From an uncultured Acidobacteriota bacterium (GTDB lineage: Bacteria > Acidobacteriota > Thermoanaerobaculia > Multivoradales > UBA5704), in contig CAVYRF010000002.1 in the NCBI GenBank assembly GCA_963770895.1, forward strand, positions 4,864,001 to 4,928,000: a stretch of 64,000 nt of DNA, given 5' to 3'. Numbering within the stretch: position 1 is the first letter of the stretch; the number at the start of each line of letters is the position of its first letter. Below are positions 58,883-64,000 of this stretch, piece after piece. The position numbers and the translations under genes were made by a program. Under the pieces are notes generated by a model, which was given only the letters and a program-made list of their open reading frames with translations, searched no databases and was not told where the DNA came from.

Positions 58883-59155
58883 TCAAGCTTCTTCGACCCA
58901 GTCCTCTTTCTTAACATTAAACTCCCATTCTGCCTGGCCCATGGCGTCTTCCACGGAGTCGTGATAGGTGTCAGTCATCTCCTCGCCGTCTTTGTCAAGA
59001 TAGAGGAGGTAATAGCCTTGGGAGTCTGGAATCTTGACGATTAGCAGCCGGGAAGGAAGTGGCAGAAGCTGGCCATCACGAAAGTGCCGAGTGTTACCTG
59101 TAGCTATAACTGATGGCCCAAGCGTCAATGAGTGCAGTATTATGTAATAGCTCAT
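58883..59155 (-). CDS. Small putative immunity protein (paralogue of 45282..45554)
   Basis: MSYYIILHSLTLGPSVIATGNTRH...TDTYHDSVEDAMGQAEWEF. Confidence 0.75.
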   Translation of the reverse strand: MSYYIILHSLTLGPSVIATGNTRHFRDGQLLPLPSRLLIVKIPDSQGYYLLYLDKDGEEMTDTYHDSVEDAMGQAEWEFNVKKEDWVEEA

Positions 59156-59183
59156 AGTCGTGTGTGGGTCCGATTTCAAGGAC

Positions 59184-59538
59184 TAAGGCGTCGTCAATAA
59201 ACAACATTTACACATGAGGCCGAATAATGTAGTTCCATTCGCCATGGAAGGATTGGGGCAGCAGGTTCACGGTGGCGATCTCCTTGTCAGAGACCTTGCG
59301 CCCGACGGGATAGGCTCGTCGGTCCAGTCGGCATGTCACCCTAAGCCCCTGAGCGGTGGTGGTCTTGGCGATCAGACGCACGATAGTCTCGTAGTCGCGA
59401 AGCGGTTCTCCTCGCCAGTTGGATGAGATGAAAGAAAACAGGCGGTGCTCTACCTTGTTCCACTTGCTCGTCCCGGGAGGAAAGTGACAAACCATGATGG
59501 AGAGCCCTGAGTCGTCGGCCAGCTCCTGAAGCTCCATT
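59184..59538 (-). mobile_element. ISAzo13-family element, 3' end with transposase C-terminus (59208..59537), interrupted by IS66
   Basis: CHFPPGTSKWNKVEHRLFSFIS.NWRGEPL, YP.GRKVSD, FHGEWNY.I.P; outer boundary approximate. Confidence 0.85.
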
Positions 59539-60968
59539 GTATCTGTTTACCGGGCCAGGGCTGGTAGCCGGGGTGTCGCAGTGGCCCGTCGAGGTAGCGT
59601 GAATCGAGCACTTGTGTCGCCTCTCGGATTTTGGTCTAATCCACATAGCGATGCTAAGTTACGAGGAGTTGGTTAAAGTCAACTCTGAGCTTTTGGGCCG
59701 CGTCGGCGAGTTGCAGCGCCTCGTCGAGCAGCAGCAGCGCCAGATCGAGCGCCAGCAGCGCCGGATTGATGAGCTCGAGAAGCTGATCGAGGACTTGCGA
59801 CGGCGGGGCAAACGGCAGGCGGCTCCATTCTCCAAGGGAGCGCCCAAGGACCAACCCAAGCCGCCAGGTCGTAAGCCGGGAGCCGAATACGGCAAGCAAG
59901 CGGTGCGCAACGTCCCGCAGACCATCGACGAGCGGCTCACCGTGGACTGTCCACTGTGGTGCCCCGATTGCCATGGTCGGGTGCGGCTTGCGGGCGAGAA
60001 GAGCCAGTACCAGATCGACTTGCCGGTGATCCGCCCGCGGACAACCGAGTTCATCGTCCATTACGGGCAGTGCGAGTCCTGCGGCAAGCAGGTGCAAGGT
60101 CGGCATGCACGGCAGATCTCGGACGCGCTCGATGTGGGTCGCGTGCAGCTGGGTCCGGAAGTGATCTCGCTCGCCGCCTGGCTCAACAAGGTGGGCGGCC
60201 TGTCCTACGGCAAGATCGAAGCGGTGCTGCGGGATGCGGCGCATCTCGACGTGGCGCGTTCGAGCTTGTGTCGGGCCGTGGGCCGGCTCGCCAAGACGGC
60301 GGAGCCGGCCTACCAGGACTTGATCGACCGGGTGCGCGCGGCACCGGTGGTCTACCCTGACGAAACCGGTTGGCGGGTGGCAGGACATGGCGGGTGGCTG
60401 TGGGTGTTCACGACGCCGCAAGAAACGGTCTATTCGATTGCGCGCGGTCGCGGCTACACCGAGGCGGCCATGATCTTGACCGAGCAGTACGCTGGCGTCA
60501 TCGGCGCCGACGGTTGGGCGGCGTACGGCTGTTTCGAGCACGCGGATCATCAGACGTGCGTGGCGCACCTGCTGCGGCGCTGCGGGGAGATGTTGGAGAC
60601 GGCGACACGCGGCGCGGTGCGGTTCCCGCGCGCCGTCAAGGGGTTGTTGCAGGCCGCCTTGGCCCTGCGCGATCGGCGCGACGCCGAGGAGTTGAGCCTG
60701 CACGGGCTGCGGGTGGCCCAGGGGCGCTTGGGAGCACGGCTCGACCGGTTGCTGGCTGGCGCTTTCACCAACGAGGCGAATCAGCGGTTGGCCAAGCACC
60801 TGGTAAACCATCGCGACGCCCTGTTCCTGTTCTTGCAGCGGCCGGATGTCGAAGCGACCAACTGGCCGGCGGAGCAGGCGATTCGTCCTGCGGTGGTCAA
60901 CCGCAAGTCGTGCGGTGGCAACCGCAGCTGGCACGGGGCTCACTCCCAGGCGGTCCTGATGAGCTGCC
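59539..60968 (+). mobile_element. IS66-family (single-ORF ISBst12-like) element; transposase from 59651, interrupted near its C-terminus by IS21
   Basis: GTA-initiated end GTATCTGTTTACC; coiled coil, CPDC..CESC zinc finger, DETGWR, QTCVAHLLR, ATNWPAEQAIRPAV. Confidence 0.85.
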
Positions 60969-61176
60969 TGCACCGGAGGAAAGTGGACACCGATTCCGAT
61001 CCAAAGTGGACACCCGTTCCGATTGAAAGTGGACAGGGATTCCGACTGAATCTGGACACTGTCCAGGCTGCATCGGAATCGGTGTCCAGATTGGATCGGA
61101 ATCGGTGCGGGTTTTAGGGGTGACGCTGGGGTGATCCTCGCTAACAGGGTATGACCTCTCCGGAAGGGGAAGGTGA

Positions 61177-62754
61177 ATGCCCAGAGCGAGGATGCTGATG
61201 CGCAAGATACGGGAGTTGTTGAGGTTAAAGTGGGAGCTTGGCTTGTCCCACCGCCAGGCCGAGCGTTCGCTGCAGATCGGCCGCGGGACGGTGGAGAATT
61301 ATCTGCGTCGGGCGGTGGTGGCCGGGCTGAGCTGGGAGGTGGTCGGAGGGCTGAGTGACGAGGAGCTCGAGCAGCGGCTGTTCCCGTCAGCGAGCGCGGC
61401 GCCGCCGCCGGCAGGCAGGGCGGCGCCGGACTGGGCAAAGGTGCATCAGGAGCTCAAGCGCAAGGGTGTGACGCTGGCGCTGCTGTGGCAGGAGTACCGG
61501 GCGACGGACGAGGAGGGTTACGGGTACAGCAGGTTTTGCGAGCTGTATCGGGCCTGGGAGGGAAGGCTCGAGCCGTGCCTGCGTCAAGACGATGCCGGCG
61601 GCGAGAAGCTCATCGTCGACTACGCCGGGCAGACGGTTTCGGTGCACGACGCCGCCACGGGTGCAAGCCGGGAAGCCGCGATTTTCGTCGCGGTGCTCGG
61701 GGCGAGCACCTACACCTACGTGGAGGCGACGTGGAGCCAGGGTGTGGAGGACTGGATCGGCTCTCATGTCCGGACGTTCTCCTACCTCGGTGGGGTCAGC
61801 GAACTGGTGATTCCGGACAATCTCAAGAGCGGCGTCACCAAGCCCTGTCGCTACGAGCCGGACGTCAACCGTACGTATGCGGAGATGGCCGAGCACTACG
61901 GTGTCGCCGTGATTCCGGCGCGGATCAAGAAGCCGCGCGACAAGGCCAAGGGCGAAAACGGCGTCCTTCAGGTCTCGCGTTGGATCCTGGCGCGACTGCG
62001 GAACGAGAAATTTTTCAGCCTGCGGGAGCTCAATGACCGGATCGGCGAGCACCTGGTCGAGCTCAACGGACGGCCGCTGAAGGTCTTGGGGATCAGCCGG
62101 CGGGAGCTGTTCGAGCGGGTGGATCAGCCGGTGCTTCGCCCCCTGCCACCGACTCCTTATGAGCCGGCTGAGTGGAAGACCGTGCGAGTCGCGCCGGACT
62201 ACCATGTGGAGTTTGAGCTGCATTACTACAGCGTGCCCTATCAGCTTCTGCGCCAGCAGCTCGAGCTACGCGCGACCGCGCAGACGGTGGAGGTGTTTCA
62301 CCGCGGCAAACGGGTCGCGGCTCATCGTCGCGACCCTCGAAAGGGCAAGCACACGACGACGAGCGAGCACATGCCGAAATCTCACCAGGCGTATTTGGAA
62401 TGGACGCCGACGCGACTGATCGAGTGGGCCAAGAAGACGGGCAGCGCCACGGCAGAGCTGGTGGCGGCGATCCTCGCCAGCCGGTTGCACCCTCAGCAGG
62501 GCTTCCGATCGTGTCTCGGCTTGATGCGCTTGGGCGAGCGATACGGCGCTGAGCGGCTGGAGGCCTCGTCCCGACGCGCCCTGGCGATCGAGGGTCTCTC
62601 GTACAAGAGCGTCAAGTCCATCCTCGACCACGGTTTGGACCGGCAGCCACTGGCCGAGCCCGGCGAGAGTCGAGCGCCCGTTGCGCATGGCAACGTGCGG
62701 GGCGCCGGGTACTACGAGAGCGAGCCTCAGACCGAGGAGGCCGGCCCATGCTGA
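61177..62754 (+). CDS. istA: IS21 transposase IstA
   Basis: N-terminal HTH, GEKLIVDYAG, PDNLKSGV, PAR.KKPRDKAK.E, YYSVPY. Confidence 0.92.
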   Translation: MPRARMLMRKIRELLRLKWELGLSHRQAERSLQIGRGTVENYLRRAVVAGLSWEVVGGLSDEELEQRLFPSASAAPPPAGRAAPDWAKVHQELKRKGVTLALLWQEYRATDEEGYGYSRFCELYRAWEGRLEPCLRQDDAGGEKLIVDYAGQTVSVHDAATGASREAAIFVAVLGASTYTYVEATWSQGVEDWIGSHVRTFSYLGGVSELVIPDNLKSGVTKPCRYEPDVNRTYAEMAEHYGVAVIPARIKKPRDKAKGENGVLQVSRWILARLRNEKFFSLRELNDRIGEHLVELNGRPLKVLGISRRELFERVDQPVLRPLPPTPYEPAEWKTVRVAPDYHVEFELHYYSVPYQLLRQQLELRATAQTVEVFHRGKRVAAHRRDPRKGKHTTTSEHMPKSHQAYLEWTPTRLIEWAKKTGSATAELVAAILASRLHPQQGFRSCLGLMRLGERYGAERLEASSRRALAIEGLSYKSVKSILDHGLDRQPLAEPGESRAPVAHGNVRGAGYYESEPQTEEAGPC

Positions 62755-63379
62755 GGCACGCGACTCTGGACCAGCTCCAAGAGCTCAAGCTCAACGGCAT
62801 GGCAAAAGCCTTCGCCGAGCAGCTGTCGATGCACGACGTCTCGGCGCTGAGCTTCGAGGAGCGGCTCGGCTTGTTGGTCGAGCGAGAGGCCGCCGAACGC
62901 TCGAGCCGCCGGCTCACCGCACGACTGCGCAAGGCCAATCTCCGAGAGCAAGCCGTGCTCGAAGACACCGACTGGCGGGCGCGCCGAAATCTCGACAAGG
63001 CGCAGATGCTTCGCCTGGGCTCGTGCCAGTGGATCGCCGACCATCTCAACGTGCTGATCACCGGCAAGGCGGGAGTGGGAAAGACCTTTCTCGCCTGCGC
63101 CTTGGCGCACAAGGCGTGCCGTGAGGACTACACCGCGCTCTATCTACGTGTGCCCAGGCTGTTTCGCAACCTCGCCATCGCCCGCGGTGACGGCAGTTAC
63201 GATCGGTTGCTCAACACCTATGCCCGAGCCGATCTGCTCGTCCTCGACGATTTTGGACTGGTGCCGATCGGCGGTCCAGAGCGGCGGGACCTCTTGGAGA
63301 TCCTCGAGGATCGCTACGGCCGCCGCTCGACGCTGGTCGCCAGCCAGCTGCCGGTGAAGAGCTGGTACGAAATCATCGG
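62748..63379 (+). pseudogene. istB: IS21 helper ATPase IstB, interrupted by IS256
   Basis: LSFEERLGLL, Walker A GKAGVGKT, Walker B LLVLDDFG, SQLPVKSWYEIIG, then homology stops. Confidence 0.88.
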
Positions 63380-64000
63380 GAGGTATGGTCAAGAGTTGTG
63401 TTTGAGGGCCGGAGATCAGGCGGCTATCTTCTTGACTCCATCTTCGAATTTCACGCCTGCGATCACGTCTGCAAGTAGCGATGAAGCGCCATTGAGCGCT
63501 CGCCAGCGCTTCTGCGCCGACATCGCGAGCTTGAACACCATCGTCAGACAGGCAAGGCGGCTGCCACTGCCTTTCGTCTTATCGGTGCGCAGGCGGACCG
63601 TGGCAAACGTCGATTCGATCGGGTTGGTCGTGCGCAGGTGGATCCAATGCTCGGCTGGGAAGTCGTAGAACGCCAGCAGCTCGGTCCGGTCGTTGCGCAG
63701 GCAGGTGACCGCCGCGCTGTACTTGGCGCCGAACATGTCGACGAACAGGTCGAAAGCCTGGTCGGCCTCGGCGCGAGTGGCCGCCATCCAGATGTCGTGG
63801 AGCATCGACTTGGCCTTGGCCTGGCTGCTCGTGGGCATCTTGTTGAGGACATTGACTGTTTTGTGCACCCAACAGCGCTGGAGCCGGGTGTTCGGGTAGA
63901 CCTTCGGCAGTGCCTTCCAGAAGCCGAGTGCACCATCGCCGATGGCCAGCTCCGGATCCACCACCAGGCCGCGCGATCGCAAAGCCAGCAGCAGCTCTTG
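63380..64000 (-). mobile_element. Second IS256-family element (transposase C-terminus, stop at 63416; runs beyond window)
   Basis: GDGALGFW, QRCWVHKT.N, FYDFPAEHW.HLRTTNPIESTF; terminal sequence GAGGTATGGTCAAGAGTTGTGT. Confidence 0.88.

Larger units (their letters stand above)
60969..63379 (+). mobile_element. IS21-family element (left end, istA, interrupted istB)
   Basis: TG-initiated left end with about four ~22-bp AAAGTGGACAC.GATTCCGA-like repeats plus inverted copies (60969-61107). Confidence 0.88.

Noticed and set aside
41488-58964. Long plus-strand ORFs (41488..44775, 47100..50882, 53703..58964)
   Set aside because: Antisense shadows of the Rhs and carrier genes
33338-59155. Integron cassette array
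   Set aside because: No integron integrase or recurring attC-like palindromes seen; spacers are fragments of the carrier gene
60969-61107. CRISPR-like short direct repeats
   Set aside because: Near-contiguous ~22-bp units without unique spacers; typical IS21 terminal repeats; no cas genes
60969-63668. C-terminal tails of the IS66 ORF (to 61117) and IstB ORF (to 63668)
   Set aside because: Read-through into the inserted elements, not native sequence

Overview
High-GC bacterial DNA, most consistent with Acidobacteriota (inferred from an ADOP-type permease, an Oar-like TonB-dependent receptor, an IPTL-CTERM-like motif and the style of a RiPP precursor). All family assignments are from motif recognition by eye; no searches were run. 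The left half (1-33.1 kb) is mostly intact chromosome: NUDIX hydrolase end, class II photolyase, class I aldolase, patatin + ADOP permease and a cytochrome c. It also holds a ~2,730-aa surface protein (internal IPTL-like anchor plus second signal-like segment, 16 two-Cys Ig-like repeats, beta-helix-like tip) followed by three tail-collar proteins, a TBDR-adaptor-permease-TolC operon with no ATPase, a membrane TPR/zinc peptidase, an acyl-CoA synthetase and an orphan lanthipeptide-like precursor. The right half (33.3-59.2 kb, minus strand) is a fragmented polymorphic-toxin array. It is built from pieces of one giant, signal-peptide-bearing gene (inactive transglutaminase-like domain, Ig-like region, DUF6531, YD/Rhs core), interleaved with at least five toxin tips (Ntox28-like x2, His-rich Ntox24-like x2, YwqJ-like deaminase) and about eleven lower-GC immunity-like genes. 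No complete carrier gene lies in the window. The window ends in four nested insertion sequences (ISAzo13 > IS66 > IS21 > IS256). Several single-base frameshifts may be sequencing errors.
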